Positions 33,055 through 44,542 of a stretch of DNA of 64,000 nucleotides are shown in pieces. Numbering within the stretch: position 1 is the first letter of the stretch; every line of letters begins with the position of its first letter. The notes beneath the pieces are model-generated. The model had not been told where the DNA came from. It worked only from the letters and a program-made list of their open reading frames with translations, and did no database searches. The stretch is from Tetramitus jugosus (taxonomy: Eukaryota; Protista; Heterolobosea), in NCBI GenBank assembly GCA_937625935.1, contig OW569380.1, positions 124,001 to 188,000 on the forward strand. The letters are read 5' to 3'. A program made the translations under genes and the position numbers.

Positions 33055-34362
33055 ATGTCTCATAACAACTGCAACAACAACAAGAACAATTCCAACTTTG
33101 CCAACTATTTGGGAGACTCCATCTCCATCAACAATTCACCTTCAGTCGTATCTGTCGGTAGAAACTATCGTCGCTCTGGAGACGGAGATGATGATGACGA
33201 TGATGAGGATGATGATGACAGCAGCAGCAGCAGCAGCAGCAGTGGCAATGCAAGTCTCCCTTCCATTTCATTTATTGAATCACCTCAATACTACTTTGAA
33301 CCACCACCAGTTCAACAACAATATGTTGACTCCATGTTTTCTCAGATGAATGAGCATCAGAGAACAATGGTACCTCAACAACATTATCAACAACAACAAC
33401 AATTGTTACCCTCTTTGCATCAATTGCAATTGTTAAACACCACTAGTGATCCATGGTATATGAGTCCTATTCACATGAACAATCATGGTGGTGGAAGTAT
33501 TCGAAAAATAGTGGCAACCAATGTCGCTACAAAATCAGTAGTAACACCAGCAACAACAACAAAAGCATCTTCGGTGGCACCTCCTCTCTCTCAAAAAGCA
33601 ATCAACAAAATTTTGCACATTAAGAGTTTGTTGCCAGAGAAGGAATTCTCCAGATTTGAACTCTTGTGTGGCCTGTTCAAGAGTGGACTCATTTCGAAAC
33701 AAGTGTTCCACTCTGAGTGCAACCAATTGGTGTCTCCATACAAGAAGAACAAGCAGCATCATCATCATGATCATCATGAGAACAATAATGAAAAGTCATG
33801 TTCTCAAACTGTTGATGTCGATGTTCACTCAATGGACAATAGCAGTGACAATAGTAGTGACAATATTATTCCTACTTCCACTACTACAGTTATTGAAGTT
33901 ACTGCTACTGTGAATGATGTAGTTGCACCTGTTGAACAATCAATCAACAGCAGCAACGACAAGACGGTAACCAATGAGCAAGTCAAGGAATTTATTCAAT
34001 TGTTCAAGACAGCCAAGAGTGCTGAGCAAAAGAGGCAACTAATGCTAGATCATCCACACATGATCCAACACATTGCTGCACACAAGAAGAAGGTCAATGC
34101 ACTCAAGAAGCAACAAGAACAACAAGCACCAACAACAACAACAACATCCTCTTGTCCACCACCATCATTTGACGAATGTAGTGTCACATTGGTCATCAAT
34201 GGAGGAGGAAGAAGAGCTGTTGAGAGAGGAGCAGCATCTCAATTGTCATCCACCACTACGCTGAAGCGTTCCAGAGACATGACAATGAATGCAACACCTT
34301 CTCAAGGTGATTTGGAGTCGTTGGAGCCCTTGTCGAAGCGAAGACACTTGTCTGCCATGTAG
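33055..34362 (+). CDS. Low-complexity hypothetical protein, possibly nuclear
   Basis: 435-aa ORF with D/S/Q/N tracts and short helical segments. Confidence 0.65.
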   Translation: MSHNNCNNNKNNSNFANYLGDSISINNSPSVVSVGRNYRRSGDGDDDDDDEDDDDSSSSSSSSGNASLPSISFIESPQYYFEPPPVQQQYVDSMFSQMNEHQRTMVPQQHYQQQQQLLPSLHQLQLLNTTSDPWYMSPIHMNNHGGGSIRKIVATNVATKSVVTPATTTKASSVAPPLSQKAINKILHIKSLLPEKEFSRFELLCGLFKSGLISKQVFHSECNQLVSPYKKNKQHHHHDHHENNNEKSCSQTVDVDVHSMDNSSDNSSDNIIPTSTTTVIEVTATVNDVVAPVEQSINSSNDKTVTNEQVKEFIQLFKTAKSAEQKRQLMLDHPHMIQHIAAHKKKVNALKKQQEQQAPTTTTTSSCPPPSFDECSVTLVINGGGRRAVERGAASQLSSTTTLKRSRDMTMNATPSQGDLESLEPLSKRRHLSAM

Positions 34363-34583
34363 ATGACGTCCCTCATCAAAGGGAGATGGCGCTCATTCAC
34401 TGACACCCTCATGTTTGTGGATGTGCGGCAGCATCTTTCTTATCCTCATTTAGTAAAACCTGTAAATTTCATGAAACGTTTTTCTTTCTTGTTCTAAAAA
34501 AAAGCAAACCTGATGTTTGTGTGATCTCGTTTGATCTCCCAAACACAAAACAAACACAAGAGTCATTCATCTAATATAGTATC

Positions 34584-37307
34584 ATGTGCAATACACACAG
34601 CAGAGATCAAGAAGGAGGCACGAGCAACCACAAGAAACAAAGATGTTTGTTGCCTACTGACTTTAAACCACATCAGTATGATCTTGTCATCAAGCCTGAT
34701 TTTGTAAACTTTAGCTTTCAAGGAGAAGAGTCCATTAATTTGACGACAACTACATCTGGGTGCCACAAGATTGTTCTTCATTGTGACGACATCCAAATTG
34801 ATGCATCATCTGTTGAGTTGGAGCTGTTGCCTCTGAACAAGGTGAATGAAGAGAGCAAGAAGATCAAGTCAAAGAACATTAGTTATGATTCGATTGAACA
34901 AACTGTGAGCATTGAGTTTGATGAAAGTGAAATGAGCTCTGTTCAGGTCAATGACTCACTTGTTTTGAGAATGAGCTATACTGGTATTTTAAATGACAAG
35001 ATGTGTGGATTCTATCGTAGTCAATATGTCGATGCAAGCACAGGAGAGAGCAAATGGATGGGCACGACACAGTTTGAAGCTGCAGATGCGAGACGCGCAT
35101 TCCCTTGTTTTGACGAGCCTGCACTCAAGGCAACATTCAATGTAACACTCATTGTACCAGATCACATGGATGCCATTAGTTGTATGCCAGTTGTGTCTGA
35201 AGAGAAATTGGAAGGTCATTTGAAGAGAGTCAAGTATGATACGACTCCTGTTATGAGTACCTACCTACTTGCGTTCGTAATTGGCGAGTTTGATTATATT
35301 GAAGAAGTGTCCAAGCACAACAAGAGAGTCAGAGTATACACCCAAAAGGGAAAAACTGAATTAGGAAAGTTTGCTTTACATGTCGCAGTGAGATCTCTCG
35401 ATTTCTTTACAGAATTGTTCGAGTTTGATTATCCAATCTCAAAGATGGATTTGTTGGCCATTCCTGACTTTGCAGCAGGAGCCATGGAGAATATGGGATG
35501 TGTCACATACAGAGAAACTCGATTGTTGATTGATCCTGTACAGTCCAGTCAAGCGACCAAACAAGCTACAGCACGTACTATTGCTCATGAAGTGAGTCAC
35601 ATGTGGTTCGGAAATCTTGTTTCGCCATCGTGGTGGAGATACTTGTGGCTCAAGGAGGGTTTTGCCAGATTCTTGGAGTACTTCTCTGTGGACGAGCTGT
35701 TTCCTGATTGGGACATGTGGACACAGTTTGTACAGGAGGTGTTCAGTGCAGCACAGAATTTGGATTCCTTGAGAAGCAGTCATCCTGTTGAAGTCGAAGT
35801 GTATAATACTGGTGAGATTTCAGAAATTTTTGACTTGATCTCCTATGCCAAGGGTGCATCCTTGAACAGAATGTTGGCCAACTGGGTTGGAATTGGAAAA
35901 GTGAAGACAGGACTTCAAAACTATATCAAAGAATTTGCGTACAGAAGCACGGTAACTGAAGACTTGTGGAAGAGTTTGGAAGATGTCAGTCAGTTGCCTG
36001 TTAAAGAGGTCATGGATACGTTTGTGAAGCAGACAGGATACCCTGTTGTTAGTGTCGAGGAGAAACATGTAGAGGGTGGATTGGAGCTTCATTTGACACA
36101 AACACGATTCTTGCTTGATGGTACAACTGATGACACGAAGTGGATGATTCCTATTCGAGTTACTGCAGGTAGACCAACCATTCTAGCTGAAGAACTAGAC
36201 GAACGAGTTAAGCATCCACTTATTTTGATGAAAGAGAAGCATATGAAGTGTACACTGAAGCATATTGATCAAAATGATTGGATTAAGTTGAATTCTAATC
36301 AATCTGGTTTCTATAGAGTCAAATACTCTAGCTCCTTGCTAAAGAAATTGGCAGAAGCTGTCAGAGAGGGAAAGCTCATTGATCCGGCAGATCGATTAGG
36401 TTTGGTGAGCGATGTTTTTGCATTAGCAAAGGCAGGTCATGGAAGTCTGACTGACTGTTTTGATCTGATTCAAAACTTCAGCAAGGAACAAGAGTACAGT
36501 GTTTGGGCAGTGATTGCTGAGAATGTGTCAACCGTGGAGTCAATTTTTAAGGACGAGTCTATTTCACCAATGATGTACAAGTTTATTATTTCATTGTTTA
36601 AGGGACTATTTCCAAAGTATGGATGGTCTGCCAAACCTGACGAGGGTCATCTCGATGCCCTGTTCAGATCAACAATCATTAGTAAACTATTGGACTCTGA
36701 TGATAAAGATATAACCAAGGAGGCCAAGGAGCTGTTTGACCGAGCATTGAACGGTCAAGAGACCATTGCACCTGATATCAGAGGCACTGTATACAAGAGT
36801 GTGGTGAGAAACGGTGGAAAGGAAGAGTTTGAGAAGGTGTTGAGCATCTATGAAACAAGCAGCTCCCAAGAGGAGAAGGTGCGTGCTCTCGTTGGAATTT
36901 GTGCCACAAAGGATCACGAGCTCATTCAGCGAGCGATCTCATACATCTGGTCCGACAAGGTTCGTCGACAAGATATTTGCTACCCATTGAGTGCCATTGC
37001 AGGCAACACCAAGGGAGAGGAGTTGAGTTGGGCGTATGTCAAGAACAATTGGGATACCATCTATTCGTACTTTGGAGCCGGACACGCAATGCTTGGAGGC
37101 ATCTTGGCAAGTTCTACACGTTCCTTTAATTCTGACGATAAGGCAGCAGAAGTCGAAGAGTTCTTCAAGCGTTCTCAACAAGTGAATCAAGTCAATGGTA
37201 TTGAGAGAGCATACCAGCAAAGTGCAGAGAGAATCAGATACAAGGCAAATCTGATTTCTCGTGAGAGAGACAACTTGCTGCAATGGTTGTCTTTATCATT
37301 CAAATAA
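34584..37307 (+). CDS. M1-family (puromycin-sensitive-like) aminopeptidase
   Basis: TQFEAADARRAFPCFDEP, GAMEN, HEVSH-x18-E and YAKG motifs, plus an ERAP1-like C-terminus. Confidence 0.96.
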   Translation: MCNTHSRDQEGGTSNHKKQRCLLPTDFKPHQYDLVIKPDFVNFSFQGEESINLTTTTSGCHKIVLHCDDIQIDASSVELELLPLNKVNEESKKIKSKNISYDSIEQTVSIEFDESEMSSVQVNDSLVLRMSYTGILNDKMCGFYRSQYVDASTGESKWMGTTQFEAADARRAFPCFDEPALKATFNVTLIVPDHMDAISCMPVVSEEKLEGHLKRVKYDTTPVMSTYLLAFVIGEFDYIEEVSKHNKRVRVYTQKGKTELGKFALHVAVRSLDFFTELFEFDYPISKMDLLAIPDFAAGAMENMGCVTYRETRLLIDPVQSSQATKQATARTIAHEVSHMWFGNLVSPSWWRYLWLKEGFARFLEYFSVDELFPDWDMWTQFVQEVFSAAQNLDSLRSSHPVEVEVYNTGEISEIFDLISYAKGASLNRMLANWVGIGKVKTGLQNYIKEFAYRSTVTEDLWKSLEDVSQLPVKEVMDTFVKQTGYPVVSVEEKHVEGGLELHLTQTRFLLDGTTDDTKWMIPIRVTAGRPTILAEELDERVKHPLILMKEKHMKCTLKHIDQNDWIKLNSNQSGFYRVKYSSSLLKKLAEAVREGKLIDPADRLGLVSDVFALAKAGHGSLTDCFDLIQNFSKEQEYSVWAVIAENVSTVESIFKDESISPMMYKFIISLFKGLFPKYGWSAKPDEGHLDALFRSTIISKLLDSDDKDITKEAKELFDRALNGQETIAPDIRGTVYKSVVRNGGKEEFEKVLSIYETSSSQEEKVRALVGICATKDHELIQRAISYIWSDKVRRQDICYPLSAIAGNTKGEELSWAYVKNNWDTIYSYFGAGHAMLGGILASSTRSFNSDDKAAEVEEFFKRSQQVNQVNGIERAYQQSAERIRYKANLISRERDNLLQWLSLSFK

Positions 37308-37383
37308 ACACTGTAAAACGGTCTTCTCAAATGTACAATGGACAACACTTTATACGAATACAATAAAACGGAATTCGATCGGG

Positions 37384-38190
37384 TTAATCCACCAGCATAC
37401 CGACAAAGTCATACTTGTCATCGTAAAAATTGACCCAGTTATCCACTTCTTGTTGTTCCTCTACTGTCAAGTCATCAATCACATGACTCTTCTCTGTGCA
37501 CTTAAAACTTTCTTCGAAACAACCAGTCACAAAGCTCCTACTTCCATCTCTTCCTGAAAAGAAGTGATAACCACCACCAGGACCATAGAACCCGCGACCA
37601 CGAGTCACATCATACACTCTCTTCTTCAGAGCGATGAGCACTGGGAGATCTGCTTCAACCCCTCGATAGTGCTTCAAATCATCCCGTGTGAACTGAAACA
37701 AGTCCGTTTCATGATCACCTCCAGATTGTCTAAACGGTAACTTGTCCTTCCACAGAGTCATATCCAACCGAGGGAACTCAGAAGGAGCTGCTGAACCGTA
37801 GCCTGAAGTTTTGGCGCCAGCAAAGTAACGCCGGGCAAACCTGGTAGCCAAAAATAAACCTTTATGCCGATACGTGAAAAAGAATTGGAACAGAATCAGA
37901 ATGACTGTCCATGCGATGAACAGGAGAATAAACATCTTGAATCTCGAAGAATTCTTGTTCTCTGACATATCATCATCTTGCTTCTTATGAACTGACTTCT
38001 GATCTTCTACTAGCTTTCTTGTTGTTTGAAAATCACTTGCGATGAATGGCGAGGCTTGTAACGAAGGATCACTTGGTGGTTCTTCGTGGAATTTAATACG
38101 TTTTCGAAGTTCTTCCTCACGGCTCATCTTCTTCGTTGTGTTGTTGTTGGTGATATCGTTTGGTGTGTTGTTGCATGACGAAGAAGACAT
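37384..38190 (-). CDS. Membrane-anchored cytochrome b5-like heme/steroid-binding protein (MAPR family)
   Basis: TM helix, then FTRDDL...VYDVTRGRGFYGPGGGYHFFSGRDGSRSFVTG...W..FY..KY.FVG. Confidence 0.92.
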   Translation of the reverse strand: MSSSSCNNTPNDITNNNTTKKMSREEELRKRIKFHEEPPSDPSLQASPFIASDFQTTRKLVEDQKSVHKKQDDDMSENKNSSRFKMFILLFIAWTVILILFQFFFTYRHKGLFLATRFARRYFAGAKTSGYGSAAPSEFPRLDMTLWKDKLPFRQSGGDHETDLFQFTRDDLKHYRGVEADLPVLIALKKRVYDVTRGRGFYGPGGGYHFFSGRDGSRSFVTGCFEESFKCTEKSHVIDDLTVEEQQEVDNWVNFYDDKYDFVGMLVD

Positions 38191-38309
38191 CACGATTTAT
38201 TTTATTGGCTTGTTTTTCAGATCTGGTGAGCGGCTATTATTGTGGGCAAGAAACAAACAAACGACTCTTCATCCAGCGCCACAACTTTCCAAAGAGCCAT
38301 CTGAAGAGC

Positions 38310-38725
38310 TTTTTTTTTAAATCCAACCATTTACCTCTTTTTATTGTCTTGCTTATTCACTTTGACATAGTATGCCTGGCTAGTTACCGGTTGGTAGGCA
38401 ATGATTCTCGGAGAACGTCATGGCCGATGATTACATTTATCTTTCGTTGTAGTGAACAGGTGGTGGAGAGTCTTAAGCAGTGGCTTCTTCATTCTTCCAG
38501 ACATAAGACCCTCAGCGATCTGCATGATGGCGTCCGTTTCTATGCCCATCATTCCTTGCAGAAGTTCACGGCTAGACTTTTTGAGTGGTTGCCTCACAAC
38601 CTTTCCTTACTTCAGTCGCACCTCATCAAACCGAACATCGGCGTAGGCAGAGTCCGGTCTTGAGCTCATGCCCCACATTTACATCCAATTGCCTTCTAAT
38701 CAGAATGGCCCTTCGACACCTGTCT
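38310..38725 (-). mobile_element. 5'-truncated retrotransposon 3' end (same subfamily as 15769-17580), upstream of tRNA-Glu
   Basis: Reverse-complement near copy of 17095-17580. T9 at 38310-38318. Degenerate flanking repeat 38285-38309 versus 38732-38757. Confidence 0.9.
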
Positions 38726-38798
38726 CGTTCCCTTTCCGAAGTGGCCATCTGGCGTGCAAAATTGGGGAAATATTCACAAAAGATGTAAAATATATCTG

Positions 38799-38871
38799 TC
38801 CCATATAGTCTAGTTGGTTAGGATACATGGCTCTCACCCATGAGACCCGGGTTCGAGTCCCGGTATGGGAG
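38799..38871 (+). tRNA. tRNA-Glu(CTC)
   Basis: TCCCATA TA GTCT AGTTGGTTA GGAT A CATGG CTCTCAC CCATG AGAC CCGGG TTCGAGT CCCGG TATGGGA G, followed by TTTTT. Confidence 0.96.
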
Positions 38872-39114
38872 TTTTTGATCTGTTCCAACATCTTTCTGAT
38901 TGTATCCAATCAAAAAGAATCAAAGACATTTTGAATTACGAAGCAAGAATGTCGACGTCAAAAGAACGAAGCGAAACGTATGTGTCAATTTGAACCTCCT
39001 ATCTTTTGTCCTTGTAGTAGCTCACACATCCTCCAAAATATCCAAACAAAAAACAAACAACAAAAACACGTGCGAGACACGAACAAACAAACAAAACAAC
39101 GAACAATTAAATCA

Positions 39115-40740
39115 ATGATACTCATTGGAAACAATGACAGCGAGATTGAAAATTTAAGCCTGGAAGAATCTCCGAGTCCCATGGTCCCCCAGGAGCGCCT
39201 TTCCAAAATTTTGCTCGTCTACTGCGGAGGAACGATCGGTATGAAACGGTTGGGCGGAGGCGGTTACGCGCCCGTAAAAGACTGGTTTGGCCGACAGCTC
39301 TCACAGCTTTCTCAGTTCCATGACCCAAGCTATCCAGATATTCAAACCATTGAGCGGTTGAATGAAAAAGAGTGGCAAAAGCTAGGAACAGAGGAGGTTG
39401 GCGATGCTCAACCCACATGGTTCATCTCTCCAAAGTCACCTGACAATGTGAGAGCTCTGTATCACTTGTTGGAGTTTGACCCCTTGTTGGACTCTAGCAA
39501 CATGTCTGCGACGGATTGGTGCAAGATTGGAAAAGTGATTAGTGATAACTATGAGGAATTTGATTCGTTTATTGTGTTGCACGGAACGGATACTATGGCC
39601 TATACAGCTAGTGCTCTAAGCTTTATGCTTGAAAATTTGGGAAAAACTGTGATTATCACGGGTTCTCAGATTCCAATTTCTCAGACGCGAAACGACGGTT
39701 TTGATAACTTGTTGGGCGCGCTGATTATTGCAATGCACTATGAAATTCCTGAAGTTTGTCTCTTTTTCAATACAAAGCTCTTTAGGGGAAATCGATCCTC
39801 CAAGGTCAACTCAAGCTCATTGGATGCGTTTGGCAGTGGAAATATGATTCCATTGGTCACCATGGGCATTGAGATTGATGTCAATTGGGCGTTGGTGCGT
39901 AAACCACCGCTTCAATCGTTTAAGCTTCGAGAAATCAAACCGGATTTGAATGTAGCCTGCCTAAAATTGTTCCCAGGTATGACTGATGATGTTCTGCGGA
40001 ATTTTTTGAGACCACCGATGCGTGGTTGTATTCTTCTGACGTATGGAGCAGGAAATGCACCGGATTCAAGAAAGGAATTCTTGCAAGTGCTCAGAGAAGC
40101 CAGTAACAATGGCGTCATTATTGTAAATTGTACACAGTGTGTGCGAGGTATGGTCACAGGGGATTATGCTGCTGGATTGGCACTATATGAGGCCGGTGTG
40201 GTCAGCGGTGGAGATATGACTGGTGAGGCAGCACTAGCAAAGCTCATGTATCTACTGAGTCATGACGATTTGTCACTTGATGAAATCAAGAAGCACATGT
40301 CTGTTAATTTGAGAGGTGAATTGACGGTGAAGCGAAAGAAGACTCGTTTCTCATTGAGAGATTCTGGATTTATTCACTCTGTTGCCCGAGCATTGACCGA
40401 TACGCCTTTGGCTGATCGGAATCTCATGGCCAACATCAAGACAGCCCTGCTACCAGTTGTGTTGTGCTCATTGGCTAGCAATGGAGACGTGGCAGAGATT
40501 AGAAAGCTGTATGAACAGGATGGTGTAAACTTGAATGTTTGTGACTATGATATGAGGTGTGCGTTGCATCTGGCTGTATGCGAGGGCATGTTTGACCTTG
40601 TGAAGTATTTGGTTGACAATGGCGCAGTTGTCAATGTGAAAGATCGATGGGGCCACACTCCATACAGCGAGGCCATACGCTGTGGTTATCCAGATATCGC
40701 AGAGTACTTGGAAATTCACGGCGCCAACACCCAAGAATAA
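39115..40740 (+). CDS. ASPG: Type I L-asparaginase with C-terminal ankyrin repeats (60-kDa lysophospholipase type)
   Basis: GGTIGM, LDSSNM, HGTDTMAY, TGSQ and RGNR motifs. Ankyrin motifs ALHLA and KDRWGHTP. The likely ATG is at 39115. Confidence 0.92.
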   Translation: MILIGNNDSEIENLSLEESPSPMVPQERLSKILLVYCGGTIGMKRLGGGGYAPVKDWFGRQLSQLSQFHDPSYPDIQTIERLNEKEWQKLGTEEVGDAQPTWFISPKSPDNVRALYHLLEFDPLLDSSNMSATDWCKIGKVISDNYEEFDSFIVLHGTDTMAYTASALSFMLENLGKTVIITGSQIPISQTRNDGFDNLLGALIIAMHYEIPEVCLFFNTKLFRGNRSSKVNSSSLDAFGSGNMIPLVTMGIEIDVNWALVRKPPLQSFKLREIKPDLNVACLKLFPGMTDDVLRNFLRPPMRGCILLTYGAGNAPDSRKEFLQVLREASNNGVIIVNCTQCVRGMVTGDYAAGLALYEAGVVSGGDMTGEAALAKLMYLLSHDDLSLDEIKKHMSVNLRGELTVKRKKTRFSLRDSGFIHSVARALTDTPLADRNLMANIKTALLPVVLCSLASNGDVAEIRKLYEQDGVNLNVCDYDMRCALHLAVCEGMFDLVKYLVDNGAVVNVKDRWGHTPYSEAIRCGYPDIAEYLEIHGANTQE

Positions 40741-40877
40741 ATAATAAATACATAATAACTATTTGTTGTATGTTGTCCTTTGCTGAATGGTTTCTCACCT
40801 GCGGAGGTGAGATCATCTTCGAACAGCTGTTGCCTTGTACCACTATTTACTCAGAGTGTACGCGCACGATGTTGCAG

Positions 40878-41531
40878 TTAGAACAAGTTACCGAGTAATT
40901 CATCATCTTCAGATTCATATTGAGGTTCACTTATCACAGGAACAGGTTCAGGAATCAAGGATCCAATCAAGTAAAAGTCCACCTGTTGCTCGTACTGGTA
41001 CTTGTCCTCCTTAGACAGCGCTGCAATCGATTGACTGATATCCTCCCCTCTCAAATGATCCAAAATGAGATGAAATTGTTTGGGATTCCGGTCAATGAAG
41101 ATCTCTCCATCTTCATCTGGTTCAGGTCGAAAATGTTCACTAAACAACGCACTAAAGTACGTATCTTTCTCAGATGTCAAAGTGGCCAATGAAGTCACAA
41201 ACAACTTTCCACCAACATTGAGCTTAATCTTCTGATTCCCTCCACCAATGGTGGTCGACTTCTGTAGCAGCGCTGTCAGCTCTTCCACTTCTTTTTTGCG
41301 CTCTTCCAGTTCCTTTTCTTGATCACAAAACTTGTCCTTTATCTCTTGTTCCAGTGACATTAACCGTTTTGCTTGCTCCTTCACTTTGGTTTCACATTGC
41401 TCCAATTCTTGTGCTCTCGAGTTCAGTTGTCTGAATTGTGACAATACTTGTTGGAATTCTTGTTGTGTTTGGTTCTGTTGTTGGATGAGAAGTTTGATCG
41501 ATATTTCAAGGGCTTGCAGTTGTTTGTCCAT
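40878..41531 (-). CDS. Coiled-coil + BTB/POZ (KCTD/T1-type) protein
   Basis: IKLNVGG..F.TS..TL....YFS.LFS...FIDRNP..F..ILD.LR. The start codon is uncertain (41531 or 41651). Confidence 0.88.
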   Translation of the reverse strand: MDKQLQALEISIKLLIQQQNQTQQEFQQVLSQFRQLNSRAQELEQCETKVKEQAKRLMSLEQEIKDKFCDQEKELEERKKEVEELTALLQKSTTIGGGNQKIKLNVGGKLFVTSLATLTSEKDTYFSALFSEHFRPEPDEDGEIFIDRNPKQFHLILDHLRGEDISQSIAALSKEDKYQYEQQVDFYLIGSLIPEPVPVISEPQYESEDDELLGNLF

Positions 41532-42417
41532 GGCGACTTCTTGTTCGTTTGGTTCACTTAAGTGGTCGTTTGTTTGCTTGAGCCTGTGTTTTTTACAACA
41601 CGTTGCAGTGTTCAAACGAACTCGTGTTGTTCTGGAGTTGCACCTCAACATCGGTATCCTAAAATACCACGAGGGGAATAAACTTACTCCTTACAGTCAC
41701 TTGGACACTACTACACAGATGACAATATGGTGTTCGACTCTTGGTTCCTACGTGTCGCAGCAATATCGGGTGATGAATTTGATGAGGAATCAACCGAAAC
41801 TCTTCTCTTCCAAGAGTTAAAATTGTCTGTACTCTTAAGATTCGCGCGTGACAGGCTGTCCTTCGAAAAAAACAATACTAAGAGTTTGTTAATCAAGTAC
41901 TATGTTTTTTCAATAGAGGAACTTTTATCCATATCTACAGTTCTATCCATAGCTCCGGGTGCATTATGCACAATTCTTAATGGAATTCAACCTCCTTTGT
42001 ACTATCTGTAAACATCTCTCGTGAACTTCTTCAGACTCGTACAACCTCTTGAGCAACACTTCATCTGCTTCTAATGGTAGTGATTGTGGCTGTGGATGGC
42101 ATTGTTGTTCTAGCGTAGAATGGATGAAATCTTAGGTCATCTTAAGTCACTTAATAGGTTGTTTCTTGTTGTGAAAGAACCACCCATTCTCAGAGTGCCC
42201 GATCCTCTAACTGTTCCCATCAACAAATCAGAAACAGAAGCTCTTTCAATCATCTCTATTGTCTGGTGAGGACTATTCCCTGAAGATAAGTGTGACCTAT
42301 GGGGCTTGATTTAAATTCACTGCAGAAAAAATTCGATTGCGAGACATTATTCCGGTTCAGAACTTTTTGACGGAACTCTGTCCCGTCACAAACAAAAACT
42401 GCTCTGAGATTAAACCA

Positions 42418-43632
42418 ATGACACAACTCTCGTCCCATCGCCCAACAGTGACATTGGGGCAACCTGACCAAGTTTTCACTTTCGAAGAAGGATCCAGCTG
42501 TATCGGTCACACCATTCTCGATGGAATCAAAAAAGTTTGTGCGACAGAAAAGAGCACGTTGGTTCTCAGCTGGAGCGGTCGAGTGTATGGCATGGGCACT
42601 CTCGGTGAAGTGAAGCTGTCTCATTTCTCAAAATATCCAGATGAGAGCGATTCACAATTCTCGCTGTTTGACTCTGGTGGCTTCGAAGACAAAATCTTTA
42701 CGGATATTGTGGGTGGAAGAGATATTTTGTTCTTGTTCTCGACAGAGAATGAATTGTTTGCCATTGGACAGAACAATTATGCCATGGTGGGTCAGATTTC
42801 ACCAATATCAATGCCTGAACCAACACGCATTGCGACATTTCTGGATGAGGACGAGTATCCAGTGTTGGCCACTATTTGTTTCAGCAGTGCTCTGATTTAT
42901 ACGAGCAAGAATCGAGTTTTTGTCATGGGCCAAACAACTTGGTTCGGACGTTCTTCAGAATGTGCTCGGCTGACCTATAATTCGAACAAGAGGATTGTTA
43001 GTATGAGTGGAGCTTTCTTTCATGCCAATATGTTGGATGAGGATGGAGTAGCGTACGTCTGTGGTGAGCAATCTCCATGTAACAAGCTCGGTAGTGATGA
43101 GTCAGTGAGAGATCTGGTTCCGTTGACCAATATTAAGGAAAGAGTTGTAATTGCGCACTGTGCTGTCAATCATTCCATCTTTGTCACAGAAAGTCAAAAA
43201 GTATTATTGTGTGGATATGATTTGCCTGGCAATCTATACAACAGTATTCCATTCCTCATTGAACTTGATATGATAGATCGATTGCCCACGACTTTTGTCA
43301 CCCATGTTTCCTCATCAGAGTCAAGAGCGCTTGTGCACACAAATGATGGTGTATTCAGCAATGAGTCCATTGACTATAATCCAGAGTGCTATCTTTTCGG
43401 TTCCATGACATCCAAACTCAAAAGAATACCCAACACTCTCTTTGAGAAAGGATTTAAACATGTCAGAAAAGACATGGTACAATCAATGAGAAGCTCGTGT
43501 ACTGGCCATCGCTTGACCTTTTATACTGCCAGTAACTGTAGTGTCGTCACCATTGTCAGAGCATTTCCTCGACTGTTCACTTACACTACCAAAATGATAT
43601 TGACTAATGTTGATATTATCACCCAAAGGTGA
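42418..43632 (+). CDS. RCC1/BLIP-II-like beta-propeller protein
   Basis: Repeats such as SGRVYGMG, NELFAIGQNNY, FHANMLDEDGVAYVCG and NHSIFVT. Confidence 0.7.
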   Translation: MTQLSSHRPTVTLGQPDQVFTFEEGSSCIGHTILDGIKKVCATEKSTLVLSWSGRVYGMGTLGEVKLSHFSKYPDESDSQFSLFDSGGFEDKIFTDIVGGRDILFLFSTENELFAIGQNNYAMVGQISPISMPEPTRIATFLDEDEYPVLATICFSSALIYTSKNRVFVMGQTTWFGRSSECARLTYNSNKRIVSMSGAFFHANMLDEDGVAYVCGEQSPCNKLGSDESVRDLVPLTNIKERVVIAHCAVNHSIFVTESQKVLLCGYDLPGNLYNSIPFLIELDMIDRLPTTFVTHVSSSESRALVHTNDGVFSNESIDYNPECYLFGSMTSKLKRIPNTLFEKGFKHVRKDMVQSMRSSCTGHRLTFYTASNCSVVTIVRAFPRLFTYTTKMILTNVDIITQR

Positions 43633-43903
43633 TCTAGGTTGGCGGAGTACTCCCAACTCGAACATCTCGATCTTTAAAAGTGCAAAAATTCATGAATACA
43701 ACAACAAAAAGCAAATAAAAGAGATGCCACAAAAATCATCCATTCAAATATCTTTGCCTCCATATTGTGATCAAGAGCCTCTGTGTTGTGAAGGATATCA
43801 AATCAATGATAGGAGAAGAGAAGGTTAAACATGTGGCTATCAACGGAAGCACAGCATTTGTTACGATTCAGTCGTCATCACATACTCTAGCTGCCATGGA
43901 ATG

Positions 43904-44240
43904 TTTTTGTTTTTTCCATACAACGTGAGTTGCCTCTTTATTCATTTCACCTTGTTACTGGGAGTGATGCTGCTCTGCACCGGCACGGGGCAGAGCGCTT
44001 GTTCACTTCCTTACCCTGTCAAGTCCATGAGGACTAGTAGTAGTTGTGTTGCTCTGCACCGGCACGGTGCAGAGCATCGTTTCCCTCCACCTCTCCTTAG
44101 ACGTGATGAACAACTTGTGCAGCTCTTTAACACTCCCTCTTGGTGCAGTCAATTACACTCGCAGCCCTTTTTTCTGCGACCTTCTTTTGCATCCTGTCTT
44201 TATGAGAGCATTGAGGATATCCTCCCTTGTCTCTCCCTGT
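43904..44240 (-). mobile_element. Stack element E (oldest): retrotransposon 3' end with two hairpins
   Basis: Interrupted T-tract at 43904-43915. ORF2 C-terminal remnant (KELHKLFITSKE). Hairpins at 43972-43996 and 44050-44076. Confidence 0.8.
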
Positions 44241-44254
44241 GTGAAGTTAGAATG

Positions 44255-44531
44255 TTTTTTATTTCCATACAACAGTTGTTGCCACTTTAATCTATACACC
44301 ACAGTGAGATATGATTCCGCTCAGCACCGTTAGGTGATGAGCTGTGTTCATCTCTCTTCACAACAGAATTGATATACACCCCAGATTCAATCGATTTTGC
44401 CCTCATCTGCCCGAAATGCTCCTCTAGACCTTCTCTGACATTTGTGTTGCTCAACGCTTTATCACTTATCAACACTTCCAGAGTGTCATTCGTTGTTCTC
44501 CGCTCCTTCCATCTCTTTTCACATGGCTTGG
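44255..44531 (-). mobile_element. Stack element D: short retrotransposon fragment with TSD gtgaagttagaatg
   Basis: TSD at 44241-44254 matches 48750-48763. T-tract, terminal caaca-ac-tgttg motif, and body similar to 7383-7440. Confidence 0.8.
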
Positions 44532-44542
44532 GTGAAGTTAGA

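Noticed and set aside
38285-38757. Exact TSD for the tRNA-Glu element
   Set aside because: Only a degenerate ~25-bp match with several mismatches. It is kept as supporting evidence, not as a firm TSD.
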